From assembly GCA_963827165.1 (NCBI GenBank), contig CAWGZR010000011.1:1-64000 (forward strand): DNA of 64,000 nucleotides. Direction: 5' to 3'. Shown piece by piece: positions 51,011 through 62,022 of this stretch (positions within the stretch are counted from its first letter, which is position 1; each line of letters opens with the position of its first letter). The DNA is from Candidatus Bathyarchaeota archaeon. GTDB lineage: Archaea > Thermoproteota > Bathyarchaeia > Bathyarchaeales > Bathycorpusculaceae. The notes beneath the pieces are model-generated. The model had not been told where the DNA came from. It saw nothing but the letters and a program-made list of their open reading frames with translations, and ran no database searches. A program made the translations under genes and the position numbers.

Positions 51011-52420
51011 TGTGCTGCGCCTCCTGCCAGCTCGAGTGCTCGCATCAGCGCCGCCGCTTTATGCTCCGTTTCAAACCACTCCTGCTCGGGCACAGAATCC
51101 GCCACGATTCCTCCTCCAGCCTGAATGTACGCTTGGTTTTTCTGTGCGAAGAGGGTTCTAATGGTTATGGCGAAATCTGCGTTTCCGTTGTAAGAGAAGT
51201 AGCCCACGGCACCAGCGTATGGCCCACGCCTCACTGGTTCCAACTCATCGATAATTTCCATAGCTCGCACCTTAGGCGCACCCGAAACGGTTCCCGCTGG
51301 AAAAACAGCTCGCAATGCGTCAAAGCTTTGTAAGTCCTCCTTAAGCTGCCCCACCACGCGGGAAACAATGTGCTGAACATGGCTGTATTGCTGTACCTTC
51401 ATAAACTCGGGCACATGAACGCTTCCAAACTTGCTGATTCGACCTATATCGTTGCGTGCCAAATCCACAAGCATCACATGCTCTGCCCGTTCCTTTGGAT
51501 CGGCAAGCAACTCAGTTACTAATCTGTTGTTTTCCACCGGCTTCTCGGCGACGGGCCGGGTGCCAGCAATCGGGAACGTTTCCACAGTTCTGTTTTCGAC
51601 ACGCACAAGCATTTCTGGGCTTGCACCGACGATTTGGCGGTTGCCGCAAGTGTAGTAGTGCATGTATGGAGAAGGGTTGATAGTTCTCAGCGCCCCATAG
51701 AACGGAATTAGGTTGCCTTTTACCTGGAACTGGAAGCGTTTTGATGGGACAACCTGGAAAATGTCGCCAGCGGTTATATACTCTTTCGCTTTTTCCACCG
51801 CAGCTTCATAGGCTTCTTTTTTGATGTTAACTTTTGGCTGTGTGTACGATAACTCCACTGGGTCAAGTGGCTGCCTTAGGAGCTTTTCAACTTCGGGCAG
51901 TCGGTTTTCTCCTCGGCAGTAGTAGAATGCTTGCTGCTTTAGGTGGTCGAAGACAAAGCCGTCATCGAAAATTCCCATTTCCAAGTCTGGAAAACCAAGG
52001 TCGTCCACGCTCTTTTGGGGCAGTTTTTCCCAGTAGCGGACGCTGTCATAGGAGATGTAGCCGACCGCTCCGCCGACGAATCGGAATTCACTGTTTGAAA
52101 CTGTTTGGTCTTTGAGGAGGCGCTGTAACGTTTGGAGGGGGTCGCTTGTTCGTTCAGAAGTGGTTTCGCCTGTTTCTTCGTTTCTTATTTGGGCTTTGCC
52201 ATTTTTGGTTTGGATGGTTATTTTTGGGCCGAACCCGATGAAAGAGTATTGTGCGAGTTTTTTTGGTCCTTCGCTTGATTCTAAAAGATAGGCTGTTTTG
52301 TGCTCTTTTTTTAGCTTTGAGAATATTTCGAGGGGTTGCTGTTTGAGGGTGATCTTTTTGATTTCTAGGGCGTTAGCTGGTTTGGTTTGTGTGACTGTTG
52401 CGCCAAAGGCGATTCCCCAT
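51007..52420 (-). CDS. trpE: anthranilate synthase component I (+1 G just after the ATG)
   Basis: frame stays open upstream of the tracked ORF through LLES and GAVGYISYD; [13 protein letters not shown] and GAPKVRAM motifs; ATG at 52420 is offset by a GGGG run. Confidence 0.9.
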
Positions 52421-52495
52421 GTCTTTCAATTCTCCGTATGGTTCATAAATATACCTTAATGTATTATTTAAGGCTTATCTGCACAAAAATGTGCA

Positions 52496-52822
52496 TTAGA
52501 GCTTGGGCTTAAGCGCAACGCTCATCCAATCCAAATAAGCCTTCGAGCCCTCAACAATCGGAAGAGCCAAAACCTCAGGAACCTCATAACTATGCAAACG
52601 TTTAACATGCTCCGCAACTTCCGCAAACAAGTCCAAACGCGACTTCATTAAAATCAAAGATTCCTCACCCTTCTCGATATTGCCAACCCAACGGAAAAAC
52701 GAGGTAATCGGGCTAACAATATTGGCGCAGGCGATCAAACGTTCCCTGATAAGCAATTGCGAAATCTTTTCTGCTTCATCTTTGGTTTTAGTCGTAACAA
52801 AAATGACGATGTAATCGTTCAT
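52496..52822 (-). CDS. cutA: divalent-cation tolerance protein
   Basis: LIACANI and HSYEVPE motifs. Confidence 0.9.
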   Translation of the reverse strand: MNDYIVIFVTTKTKDEAEKISQLLIRERLIACANIVSPITSFFRWVGNIEKGEESLILMKSRLDLFAEVAEHVKRLHSYEVPEVLALPIVEGSKAYLDWMSVALKPKL

Positions 52823-53194
52823 GCTTTTCACTAAGGTAACGTTTACTCTCGTCAATAAAAACTGCATGCATCAAATTGGCTGTCGGTTTTAGGTTTGAAA
52901 AAGTGGGAAGACAGGCTAGTTGACAGTTGGGTATAAAGTCGGTAGATGAGATACCGAAATCTTTAAGCCGTCTTCTTTGGTTGGTTTTGTTTTTCTTCTT
53001 TGGGTTCTTGTTTCAATATCTTCATGAATTTGGGGCGGTAAATTGCACATGGTTTTGCCTCCTTGTTTTTATTTTTTTAATAAGGTGCAGAAGTTTTTAG
53101 GGATACCCAGCATAATCTATATAGTGCTTTATTTTTTATTGTCAATCGGGTAAAATGGCAGTCTCTGTGTTTCGGATGGTTAAGAGATTTAAAT

Positions 53195-53731
53195 TTGGGT
53201 TATGCAATAGTTCCCTGTGAGGGAACGGTTTTGAAAGACGAGCAGTTTAAAGTTTTAAAAGCGCTGAGTGAAACCACCAGCCGCATGGATCTAAGCATGT
53301 TCGCTCAAAAAGTAAACTTGACACCCGAGCAAACGATGCATCAATTCCAAGAATTGGCAAAAGAAGGCTTCTTGCAAAAGGTCGGCGGCGGCTATGGCAT
53401 CACTCACAAGGGAAAAGTAGCCCTCAAAGCTTTTGCAATAGTCCCCGAAGGGATGGCTTTTCACTTTTACTTCGGCATTGATCAGCCCTCGGAGTTTACA
53501 GCCCAGTCGTTGGAGCAGTTCTACCGGTTTAGCAAACAAATCAGTGTGGCATCTGTTGAATTCCACCTTTACCGCGGCGACTTTGGAAAATGGCTAACTG
53601 ATGTCTGCAAAGAACCTGAGCTTGCAAGCGAATTTGACCGAGTAAAATCGGCTGATTTGAAGGGTGAAGAGCTTAGAGCGGAACTCTTGAAAGTGCTCGA
53701 TGCAAAATTCGGCTTCGAACAGCTGCTTTAG
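53195..53731 (+). CDS. wHTH + DUF5752-like domain protein
   Basis: N-terminal wHTH; FHF...SVEFHLYRGDF..W motif. Confidence 0.7.
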   Translation: MGYAIVPCEGTVLKDEQFKVLKALSETTSRMDLSMFAQKVNLTPEQTMHQFQELAKEGFLQKVGGGYGITHKGKVALKAFAIVPEGMAFHFYFGIDQPSEFTAQSLEQFYRFSKQISVASVEFHLYRGDFGKWLTDVCKEPELASEFDRVKSADLKGEELRAELLKVLDAKFGFEQLL

Positions 53732-53735
53732 ATGA

Positions 53736-54185
53736 TCACTGATTTAGTTTGATCCACCAGTCGGGTACGCGGTGGTTTTCAGCGTTGTCCCACGAATCGA
53801 AAGGTTTGATGTCCAAGACTGGGGTTCCGTCGTAGGCGTCTAAGCCGCGGACCGTCAAAACGTTGCCTTCAATCTTCACTAACTCGACGAGCGTTAAGCC
53901 GATGGGGTTTGGTCGCTGATTGGTTCTTAGCGCGAAGACGCCGAGAAGGGGCATATCCGTTCTGCCTCTTGGATGAAACTTTAGCGCTCGATGCTTACCG
54001 GTTATTTCGCTGAGCCAAAAGAGCACGAACACGTGCGAAAAACCTTCGATGCCGTCCAAAGCTTCAACTAGTTCGGGATTGAGCACGATTTTTGAAATTC
54101 TTGATTTATCTTTAACTTCGTTGCCGACCGCTTCGGTATTAACGTAGCCGATCGGGGTCAAAACAATTTGCTGCTGAGAAATCAT
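53736..54185 (-). CDS. tsaA: TsaA/TrmO-like tRNA methyltransferase
   Basis: GVFALR...RPNPIGL and GLDAYDGTPVLDIKP motifs. Confidence 0.9.
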   Translation of the reverse strand: MISQQQIVLTPIGYVNTEAVGNEVKDKSRISKIVLNPELVEALDGIEGFSHVFVLFWLSEITGKHRALKFHPRGRTDMPLLGVFALRTNQRPNPIGLTLVELVKIEGNVLTVRGLDAYDGTPVLDIKPFDSWDNAENHRVPDWWIKLNQ

Positions 54186-54257
54186 GGCTTATACGCTCAA
54201 TATTTCTTTGATTCAGAAGGTATATAAGGATTTGATGATGCAAGCTCAAGTGGTGGT

Positions 54258-54479
54258 GTGGGGTTGCCCTTCATTGAGGATCTTTCGAAGCTTTCGATTA
54301 GTGCAATTTTCTTGTTTATGATAGCTTTCTTCCTCTCGTTTGGCATTATCTCAAACTTCATTGATGATGGAGGCATTATGTATAATCTCTCGCAGGGAGC
54401 ATTTATTTCCGTAATTACTGGTGCCGTATTGTACTTCGCAAGATACATCAGCAGACGGAGAATTGATGACAAAGCCTAA
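54258..54479 (+). CDS. small membrane protein
   Basis: two hydrophobic helices and a basic tail. Confidence 0.45.
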   Translation: MGLPFIEDLSKLSISAIFLFMIAFFLSFGIISNFIDDGGIMYNLSQGAFISVITGAVLYFARYISRRRIDDKA

Positions 54480-54554
54480 TTTGCTACGAATAAGCATAGA
54501 TCACGCCTCGATGTAAGGCACAGACTTTTCAAAACATTTTTTTCCCCCTTTGAG

Positions 54555-55241
54555 GTGAAGTCTGTTATGTTGCGTATCGGTCATCGGGGTGCTCGGGCAT
54601 ATGCACCCGAAAACACCATTGCAAGTTTTAGAAAGGCTATTGAAATCGGCGTGGACGCTGTTGAACTGGACGTCCGGAAAACCAAGGACGACAAGCTTGT
54701 AGTTATCCATGATGAGGATGTTAAGCGTACTACTGACGGCGAAGGCTTGGTCTGCGAACTCACACTCAAGCAAATCAAAGGTTTCTCCACTGAAGACGGC
54801 CAAAAAATTCCTACTTTTGAGGAAACGCTGGACTTTCTGGATAAGAAAGTCAAAATTTTTGTGGAGTTGAAAGAGGAAGGAATAGAGAAACAAGTGCTTT
54901 CGGCTGTCCATGAAAGGGGTTTGGAGAAAAATGTCGTAATCGTTTCGTTTTTAGAGGATGCCTTAAGGAAAGTCCGCGAGTTAGACGCCACAATCGAGAC
55001 GGGATTGATCTATGCGAAGCATAAGAACCCGTTGAAGGCTGCACTGGAGCTGAAAGCCAACTATCTCGTTGCTCTCTTCAGGTTCATGCATTCAGCTAAC
55101 GTTGAGAAGGCTCATCAAAACGGGTTAAAAGTGGTGGTTTGGACCATAAACGACCCCGCGGAAGTTGAGGGGTACGTAAAGAAAGGCGTGGACGGCATAA
55201 CAAGCGACAAACCAGATATACTAAAGATAGCCCGGACCTAA
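54555..55241 (+). CDS. glycerophosphodiester phosphodiesterase
   Basis: GHRGA..APENT, VELDV, IHD, WTIND and GITSD motifs. Confidence 0.92.
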   Translation: MKSVMLRIGHRGARAYAPENTIASFRKAIEIGVDAVELDVRKTKDDKLVVIHDEDVKRTTDGEGLVCELTLKQIKGFSTEDGQKIPTFEETLDFLDKKVKIFVELKEEGIEKQVLSAVHERGLEKNVVIVSFLEDALRKVRELDATIETGLIYAKHKNPLKAALELKANYLVALFRFMHSANVEKAHQNGLKVVVWTINDPAEVEGYVKKGVDGITSDKPDILKIART

Positions 55242-56164
55242 TGCGTAAGACTCGGAGCTTTGAGAATTTGGTCAATTTTTTCGGTTTCCACACGGCTTTC
55301 TGCATTCAGAGGCGTCAACTGGATTTCTGAAGCTGACTTAACTCCGAAACCCAACTCTGCAGCGCTTTTAAGTTGGTCCTGGTCAAAAATGTTTGCTTCG
55401 CCAACCTTGCCTTTTGCACCGTACATCTTTAGGATCGCTACGCCGACTGCGTCGATGGCTACTCGGTCGCGGCTTGCAAGCAAAAGCTTGGGTTCAACCA
55501 ACGTTCCTTTGTCAGGGCCGCCGGTCACGAAAGCTTTTATCCCATCCATCAGAACAAAATCCACGCTGTAGAAACTGTTGATTTCAGCAATCATTTTGCG
55601 CTGGTTTGGTGAGCCATGCAACTCCCACATGTAATCATACATTCCGCCTGGAACCCGTTTCGCCACTAAGCCAACGGAGTTTTTCATCGAAAGGGTGAAG
55701 TGGCCTCCGAATCTGTGCGTTTTTAGGCAGCACGTCTGCACTACCTTATCGGCGTCATGGACGACTTTAGCCATGTAGAAACCCTTAATCCAATGTGTTC
55801 CGTCTTTCTCGATTTTTACCCAATCCTCTTTGCCGATATCGTTTAAAACGATTGTTTTGAACCCCATTTCCTCCGCAAGGGCTAAAACACCCATTTCACT
55901 CAAAACTTGCTTAGTGTCACCCATGCCGCTGCGTTCAGCCAAGGTTATCCCGTTTGCCCCAACACCCTTTAAGCCCTGCACTATGGCCCTCAAAGTGTCA
56001 AGGTGGGTTGACGCTGGAAACGGGTCAGCGCTATTATAGTTAGCCTTCAGAGCCACCTCTTTCTCAGAATAGCTGCCTAAATCAAACTTCTCCAGCAGCG
56101 CAGGAACACCCTTTGTCCTATCAGTTGTTTTTAGAACAAAAACTTCGCCCGAAGAATTCGCCAT
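55238..56164 (-). CDS. DUF362 domain protein
   Basis: LKANYN, LKTH, SMKN.VG and DRVAIDA motifs. Confidence 0.85.
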   Translation of the reverse strand: MANSSGEVFVLKTTDRTKGVPALLEKFDLGSYSEKEVALKANYNSADPFPASTHLDTLRAIVQGLKGVGANGITLAERSGMGDTKQVLSEMGVLALAEEMGFKTIVLNDIGKEDWVKIEKDGTHWIKGFYMAKVVHDADKVVQTCCLKTHRFGGHFTLSMKNSVGLVAKRVPGGMYDYMWELHGSPNQRKMIAEINSFYSVDFVLMDGIKAFVTGGPDKGTLVEPKLLLASRDRVAIDAVGVAILKMYGAKGKVGEANIFDQDQLKSAAELGFGVKSASEIQLTPLNAESRVETEKIDQILKAPSLTH

Positions 56165-56292
56165 AAAAGTCACTATACGAAAACATAAAGGGCTGCATTG
56201 TTTATTAGTTTTTGATTGCATCAGATTGCAGTCACAGCGGCACCGCAAGCTCTATATTAGCCAATGAAACTTTTTTCAAAAGCAAGTCACGC

Positions 56293-56370
56293 GGGCCCGT
56301 GGCTCAGTCAGGCCAGAGCGGCGGACTCTTAATCCGTAGGTCGCGGGTTCAATTCCCGTCGGGCCCGCCA
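56293..56370 (+). tRNA. tRNA-Lys(CTT)
   Basis: acceptor GGGCCCG/CGGGCCC, loop CT-CTT-AA, G73, CCA. Confidence 0.95.
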
Positions 56371-56412
56371 AAAATCAATTTGGGCAAAAAACACGCCATT
56401 CTTAGTATGTCT

Positions 56413-57219
56413 TCAGGCACGAGTACTGTTATCAGTTCGTTGCTTTTCGTTTGTTTTCTCTCGCAGAGCCCGAAGCACAAAATTGGTGACGTCAGTCATA
56501 CCAGACAATTCGAGGTCGAGCGCTTCGCCTGTTAAGCCCTTTTCCTGTACTGAAGCGCTAAAGGGTATTACTGCGATAATCTTTTCTTCGCCTACCTTGG
56601 CCCTGATTTTGCCCGCAAGTGTGTCGTCCACTTTGTTGAGGATGAAGCGTACGGGTTTTTTGCTTTCTTTTACCATGTTTGATATTATCTCAGACAGTTT
56701 AATCGACTCATAAGAGGGGTCGATGATAGCAAAAACTATGTCAACGCTGCTGACTACTCCTCTGCCTAAATGTTCTACGCCAGCTTCAGTATCAATGACA
56801 GCGAGATCTTTTGGCCCCAATGTTAGATGGCTTAGAAAGTCTTTGGAGAGCACCCCCATAGGACAGGCGCAGCCTTCTCCGAAATGCTTCACTTTTCCAA
56901 CCTGCAACAGATATAAGCCGTCTTCTTTCGAAAGACATTCGCTTGGTATGTCGTCGATGCTCCATGACTCGGTGAAGACAGGCGCTTTTTCGCCATTAGG
57001 TCTAATGACGCTCATTTTGCTCTTCACAGCCTTCTTTCCGCCGATTTGATCCATGAGTTCTTTGGGCTCTTTTAACCCAAGTTGGGCACTTAAGCCATAA
57101 TTTGATTCGTCAGCATCTACAACCAGAACGCGGTAGCCTTCGTTCTGCAGATCCTTTGCCAAGATCGACGCGATGGTGCTTTTTCCGCTGCCGCCTTTTC
57201 CACATATAAGAATTTTCAC
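56413..57219 (-). CDS. cooC: CooC-like nickel-insertion ATPase
   Basis: GKGGSGKST, GCAC and DTEAGVEHLGRG motifs. Confidence 0.85.
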   Translation of the reverse strand: MKILICGKGGSGKSTIASILAKDLQNEGYRVLVVDADESNYGLSAQLGLKEPKELMDQIGGKKAVKSKMSVIRPNGEKAPVFTESWSIDDIPSECLSKEDGLYLLQVGKVKHFGEGCACPMGVLSKDFLSHLTLGPKDLAVIDTEAGVEHLGRGVVSSVDIVFAIIDPSYESIKLSEIISNMVKESKKPVRFILNKVDDTLAGKIRAKVGEEKIIAVIPFSASVQEKGLTGEALDLELSGMTDVTNFVLRALREKTNEKQRTDNSTRA

Positions 57220-58037
57220 GTTTGTTCCTCGAGGTTACTGTTTAGTTTCGGTTTAAAAGTTATGAATTCGACTGCTGATTTAAGAGCTGGTGTACCACCC
57301 CCCTCTGAAACCACCTGCATCATCCTGTCTACATCCAAGATTTTGACGCCGCCTACCAACGTAACTCCACGGTCAAACAGGACTTCTGGCACAATGCCGG
57401 CAGATGCCCCGATAATAGCTACTTGTTCCGCTTTTGCTGAGAGGCGAAGAAGATGGTCGATTGTTCCGTTTGCAATTGCTGTTCCGGTGATCAGGATTAC
57501 GTCGGCTTTGGGTAAAATTTCGTCGGAAGCCGTGTCGGGAAGAACGCCTTCTTCACGCCGCGTTGGGGTTCTTTCAATAACGTAAAGTTTTTTCGCCCTT
57601 GCCTCGATCGGCGGAACTAGAGGCTGCATGTAACCTACCATGGCGACGGTGTCTTTCTTGGTTATTTTTATATAGTTTATTACATCGCCGTTTTGGATAA
57701 TGTAGTTGTCAGGGTTTTTTTCGATGAGTATTTGGGATAGCGCATTAAGCGTGGCGACGCCGATCACGCTTTCGCTGATGTCCCATGACTTAGCTTTCTC
57801 AGCAAGGGTAACTGCAGATGTACCTGCCATTGTTCCAGCCAAATCTGATATTTGGCAGTGTCCCGCTGCTTGCGCGATTTCATCTTGGAAGGTGTAGCAG
57901 AGACCCGCGTGACCGTCACTAAGCCTTACACCTGTGTATCCGAGCCCAAGAACGACTTGTTTTACTGATATTTCGTCGATATTGGGTATGAAGGTTTTGA
58001 CTTTTTTTAAGGCTTCCTCAATGATTTGTCCCGTCAT
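57216..58037 (-). CDS. DUF364 putative heavy-metal chelation protein
   Basis: GVATLNALS and LITGTAIANGTID motifs. Confidence 0.85.
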   Translation of the reverse strand: MTGQIIEEALKKVKTFIPNIDEISVKQVVLGLGYTGVRLSDGHAGLCYTFQDEIAQAAGHCQISDLAGTMAGTSAVTLAEKAKSWDISESVIGVATLNALSQILIEKNPDNYIIQNGDVINYIKITKKDTVAMVGYMQPLVPPIEARAKKLYVIERTPTRREEGVLPDTASDEILPKADVILITGTAIANGTIDHLLRLSAKAEQVAIIGASAGIVPEVLFDRGVTLVGGVKILDVDRMMQVVSEGGGTPALKSAVEFITFKPKLNSNLEEQT

Positions 58038-58079
58038 TTGGCAACCCTTTTTACTTTAAATTTACGCTGCCTGCTCTGC

Positions 58080-58631
58080 TTAGCCTAACACTTCATAGTA
58101 TTTGCCGTTTGCGCAGGCTCGGCATAGCAAATTTCCCTTTACCGTAACTTCACGGCCATCCATTATCCTTTCGCCGCAAACCGAACATTGCTCCCTCTTC
58201 TTCGGAAAACCAGGCAAATCAAAGTCAGAAATCGGAACCTTCACTTTCTGGATGCTTACTACTTCGCTTTCGGGTAGCTTGGCCATTTTTTGTACAACGT
58301 CCTCCGGGGACCCTTTGATTTCACAGCTTTCACGTATGGTGACTCGTATTGCTTCAGATGTTGTGAGGTTAACGAAGGTAGCGGCGAATTTGCCGTAATC
58401 TACGTATTTTAGCGTTCGATGACCCAGCGTACAACCAGTAATTACTTGAATGGCATCGGTCATGCATCGATCAATTTCCGCGTAGACTATTAGGTTCTTG
58501 TTTTTTACGTTTGGGTCTAATCCTAGATAATTCATTGCGGCTAATGTCATTTTTGTTCCCATGGCGATGCCGAAGCATACATGACCATGATAATCTCCAA
58601 CTGTTTTGACATAGGTTTCAAACTCGTTCAT
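58080..58631 (-). CDS. FmdE-family protein with C-terminal zinc finger
   Basis: YHGHVCFG, CMTDAIQ..TGCTLG, GKFA and CSVCGE..CRAC motifs. Confidence 0.88.
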   Translation of the reverse strand: MNEFETYVKTVGDYHGHVCFGIAMGTKMTLAAMNYLGLDPNVKNKNLIVYAEIDRCMTDAIQVITGCTLGHRTLKYVDYGKFAATFVNLTTSEAIRVTIRESCEIKGSPEDVVQKMAKLPESEVVSIQKVKVPISDFDLPGFPKKREQCSVCGERIMDGREVTVKGNLLCRACANGKYYEVLG

Positions 58632-58650
58632 TCATTTCATCCTCCAAATT

Positions 58651-59433
58651 TCATTCTCCAACTGGCACACATATCGTGCGATTAACGCCCACGTTGACGT
58701 TCATCACTTTAACTCTGATTTTATAAACTTCTTCCAGATTCTGTTCAGTAATAATTTCCTCAGGCGTTCCAACAGCAATTAATTCCCCACTCTTCATAAG
58801 AGCGACTTTATGGGATACTAAGAAGGCATGGTCAGGAAAATGTGATGTCATGATTATAGGCATCCCGCCAGCAGCCAATTTCTGCATTGTCGTTAACAGC
58901 CGTATTTGGTTTCCAAAGTCCAGATGTGAGGTGGGCTCATCCAACAATAGAAGCGAAGGCTTCTGCGCCAAAATCCTCGCCAAGAGAACCAGCTGTTTTT
59001 CGCCGCCGCTAATCTGAGTGTAAGGTGTGTTGATTAAGTATGATATGCCCAAAGTTTCTATGGCCTGTCTCGCAATCAGAATATCCTCTTTTTTTGGTGA
59101 GTCCAGCAACCCAATGTGAGGTGATCTGCCGACTAGCACCGCGTCTAATACTGAAAATGCAAAACTCGCTTCATGGAATTGCGGCACGAAACCAATTGCT
59201 TTTGCTATTTCAACTCTCGATAAAAGACACATGTCCTTGTCATTTATCAAAATGCTGCCCTGATCCAGCTTCAAAAGCCCGTCAATACATTTTAACAAGG
59301 TAGTTTTTCCGCATGCATTTGGTCCCAGTATCGTCATTATGCCAGCGTTTTCCAAAGTGAAATTGATGTCTTTAAAGCCGTGAGCTTTCTCTGAGTCATA
59401 GTGGTATTCCGCATGACTTACGCATAATTTCAT
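58651..59433 (-). CDS. ABC transporter ATPase (FecE/BtuD type)
   Basis: GPNACGKTT, ISGGE and LLDEPTSHLD motifs. Confidence 0.92.
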   Translation of the reverse strand: MKLCVSHAEYHYDSEKAHGFKDINFTLENAGIMTILGPNACGKTTLLKCIDGLLKLDQGSILINDKDMCLLSRVEIAKAIGFVPQFHEASFAFSVLDAVLVGRSPHIGLLDSPKKEDILIARQAIETLGISYLINTPYTQISGGEKQLVLLARILAQKPSLLLLDEPTSHLDFGNQIRLLTTMQKLAAGGMPIIMTSHFPDHAFLVSHKVALMKSGELIAVGTPEEIITEQNLEEVYKIRVKVMNVNVGVNRTICVPVGE

Positions 59434-60428
59434 GACCAGCCTTTTCCTCCTCTGCTAAGCATGTAAATGAAGAATGGCGCACCAATCATCGCTGTCAGAA
59501 TGCCGAGCGGAATCTCCAAGCTTGATGCAGTTCGAGCAATATCATCGATTAACAAAAGATAAAATGCCCCCAGCAAGAGGCTTACTGGCAGAAGTCGCCT
59601 ATGATCTGGCCCAACCAGCAAACGGCTAATGTGAGGAATAACCAGCCCTACCCAACCGACGATTCCGCTGATACAGACCGCCGCGGCGCTCATCAAGGTG
59701 CAGCAGATTATTATTATGACTCGGACGCGTCCTACGTTAACCCCCATTGCTTTAGCTTCCTCTTCGCCCATTGCCAGCACATTGAAACGCCAGCGCATAA
59801 GCAGGAGGATAACTATGCCGATTATCATGGGAATAGCTGCAATATACACGTCGCTTATGGTGTCCGAAGCTAAACTGCCCATCAACCAGTAGATGATCGT
59901 AGGCAACTGGTTTATGGGGTTAGCGATATATTCCATCAATGAAATTGACGCGCTGAAAAGAGAGGATATTGCTAGTCCAGCTAATATCAAACTAAGGGTG
60001 CGATTGGCTTTAACTATGCTACTGATAACATAAGCCAAGCTTACAGCTACTAGTGCGAAACAGAAGGCAGAAGCTTCTATGGTAACTTGGCTCGCATTAA
60101 GCAAGATGGCTAATGCTGCACCGAACCCGGCGCCCGCTGAGACTCCAAGAATGTCCGGAGAAACCAAAGGATTGCGAAAGAGTCCTTGAAAGGAGCCCCC
60201 TGCCAAAGATAAAGCAGCACCAACCAGAATTGCGGCAAGTATTCTGGGCAGCCTAATTTGAATTACAACCGTGTCAGGAACACTTGGTTTTGCATCACCT
60301 AAGACATGAGACATCAAAATTCGAACCACACTATAGGCGGGAACAGGGTATCTGCCTAGACCTAAAGACAAAATGAATAGTGTTACCAAGCAAATCGACA
60401 AAATTATGCTTGCTGGAAGACCCCGCAA
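59430..60428 (-). CDS. ABC transporter permease (FecCD/BtuC type)
   Basis: IRLPR, RNPLVSPDILG and GWVGLVIPH motifs; start may lie ~60510. Confidence 0.92.
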   Translation of the reverse strand: MRGLPASIILSICLVTLFILSLGLGRYPVPAYSVVRILMSHVLGDAKPSVPDTVVIQIRLPRILAAILVGAALSLAGGSFQGLFRNPLVSPDILGVSAGAGFGAALAILLNASQVTIEASAFCFALVAVSLAYVISSIVKANRTLSLILAGLAISSLFSASISLMEYIANPINQLPTIIYWLMGSLASDTISDVYIAAIPMIIGIVILLLMRWRFNVLAMGEEEAKAMGVNVGRVRVIIIICCTLMSAAAVCISGIVGWVGLVIPHISRLLVGPDHRRLLPVSLLLGAFYLLLIDDIARTASSLEIPLGILTAMIGAPFFIYMLSRGGKGWS

Positions 60429-60587
60429 CGCTTTGAAGTCATTAAATAGCTTTGAAGTATGGTTTTTTTGTGTTGCTTGTTTTTCTATTTTCTTTTGAAT
60501 TTTCTCAACTCACTTGATTCTGCCTGGCCTATTTTTGATATAATTTGATTTATCTTAAGTTACAAAGAAAAAAGAGAGGGAAATAAA

Positions 60588-61836
60588 TTACAAGTTTCCT
60601 CCGCTTAGCAGTGTCTGCACTTGGTCGCTTGTTAAGTCGTAGTGGTAGAATTGTGAGTAGAATTGCGTGACTTGCTGCGCTAAGGTTCAAGTCTGTAGTC
60701 AAGCTTGGGTAGAGTGTGTGCACCATCCAGTACATGCCCAGAATCTGACCTGGACCTGGTGGTCCGTCATCCCATGACCAAGGATTATCAGGCCTGATGT
60801 AGACTTGACCGTTCTGAACTGCACTGAGTTGCTGCCATTGTGTGCTGTTCACTATCGTGCTATAAAGCGTTGATTGACTGCCGCGCCCTATGATAATCAC
60901 TTGTGGGTTCCATTGGTAGATAGCATCCAACGAAGTTGTCGCCATGCCGTAACCAGGTAGCAATGTAACGTTAGCTACATTGATGCCACCGCAGAAAGAT
61001 ACGAGCATTGTGTGCATTGAACCAGCAGGGTCAGTGTTGAGTCCAGCTGAGCCTTCAGCATAGTAGACGGTTACTCTGTTGTTCATTTGGATGTTGTAGA
61101 CTTTTTGAGTCACATAGTTCATAGCGGTTTGATAGAAGTTTATGAGACTCTGGGCTTGCGTCTGTACGCCTAGTAGATTGCCTATAAACTGGATTTCAGG
61201 CGTGTATTGGGTCAAGTAATCGCCGGCATTGCATCCCACTACTGGAACGGTTCCGAACTGCTGCTGCATCGCGTCAAGTGTAGCGTTTGTGCTGTCTGTG
61301 CCGTCTAAAATTATTTGTGGGTTCTCTTCGAGGAATTGCTCAATGTTCCCTGTGTTTGTGCCGTACCATCCGCCGATAACTGGTGTGTTGGCGTATTGAG
61401 ATGGTACAAACGCTGGGTTGCCATTGTAAGAGAATGGTATGCCGACTAAGTCCTGTGGGGCGAGCATATAGACTATCTCAGCTTCGATTGGGCTTGTGCA
61501 CTCTACCCGTGTAATTGTGTAGGGGACAGTTACAGTTCTATTGTACATGTCAACAACAGTCTGAGAGGTGGGAGTAGGTGTCGGGGTTGGAGCTGGTGTG
61601 GGGGCTGCTGTTGGAGTTGGCGATGGAGAACTTTTAGGTTTCGGAGACGGAGATGGAGAAGCTGTTGCTGTTGGGGTAGGCGAAGGTGAACTTGTTGCAG
61701 CTGGAGTAGGCGTCGATGCTGGCGAATTTGCTTTTAAGTAGTTAGGAACTGCCAGAGCTCCTACTAGTATAACAACGACGAGCAAAATCGCGACGGCTAC
61801 AATTATAATTCTATTTTTTTTAGCTTTGAATCCCAT
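60588..61836 (-). CDS. ABC substrate-binding protein with PT linker (+1 frameshift near the C-terminus)
   Basis: TM anchor, PT tract, LSAVQNGQVY; natural tail QVTQFYSQFYHYDLT...GGNL* is in the shifted frame after ~60677. Confidence 0.85.
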
Positions 61837-62022
61837 TTATTATCCCTTTCATATAGCTTTGGAGAAAAAAGCCAAGTTGTCCTATAAGCCTTGGTAAACC
61901 GATTCGCTTACACTTTGGCTGGGGCATTTAGGAACTATTGACTTAAACCTGAAAATTGAAGCAATTCTCGAATTGAACCTGTTTTTGAAAGACCTAAAAA
62001 TGCTTTGGTTTAAAAAGGGAAA

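Noticed and set aside
44041-52115. Many short overlapping ORFs within valS and the trp genes
   Set aside because: Antisense or alternate-frame shadows of well-supported genes.
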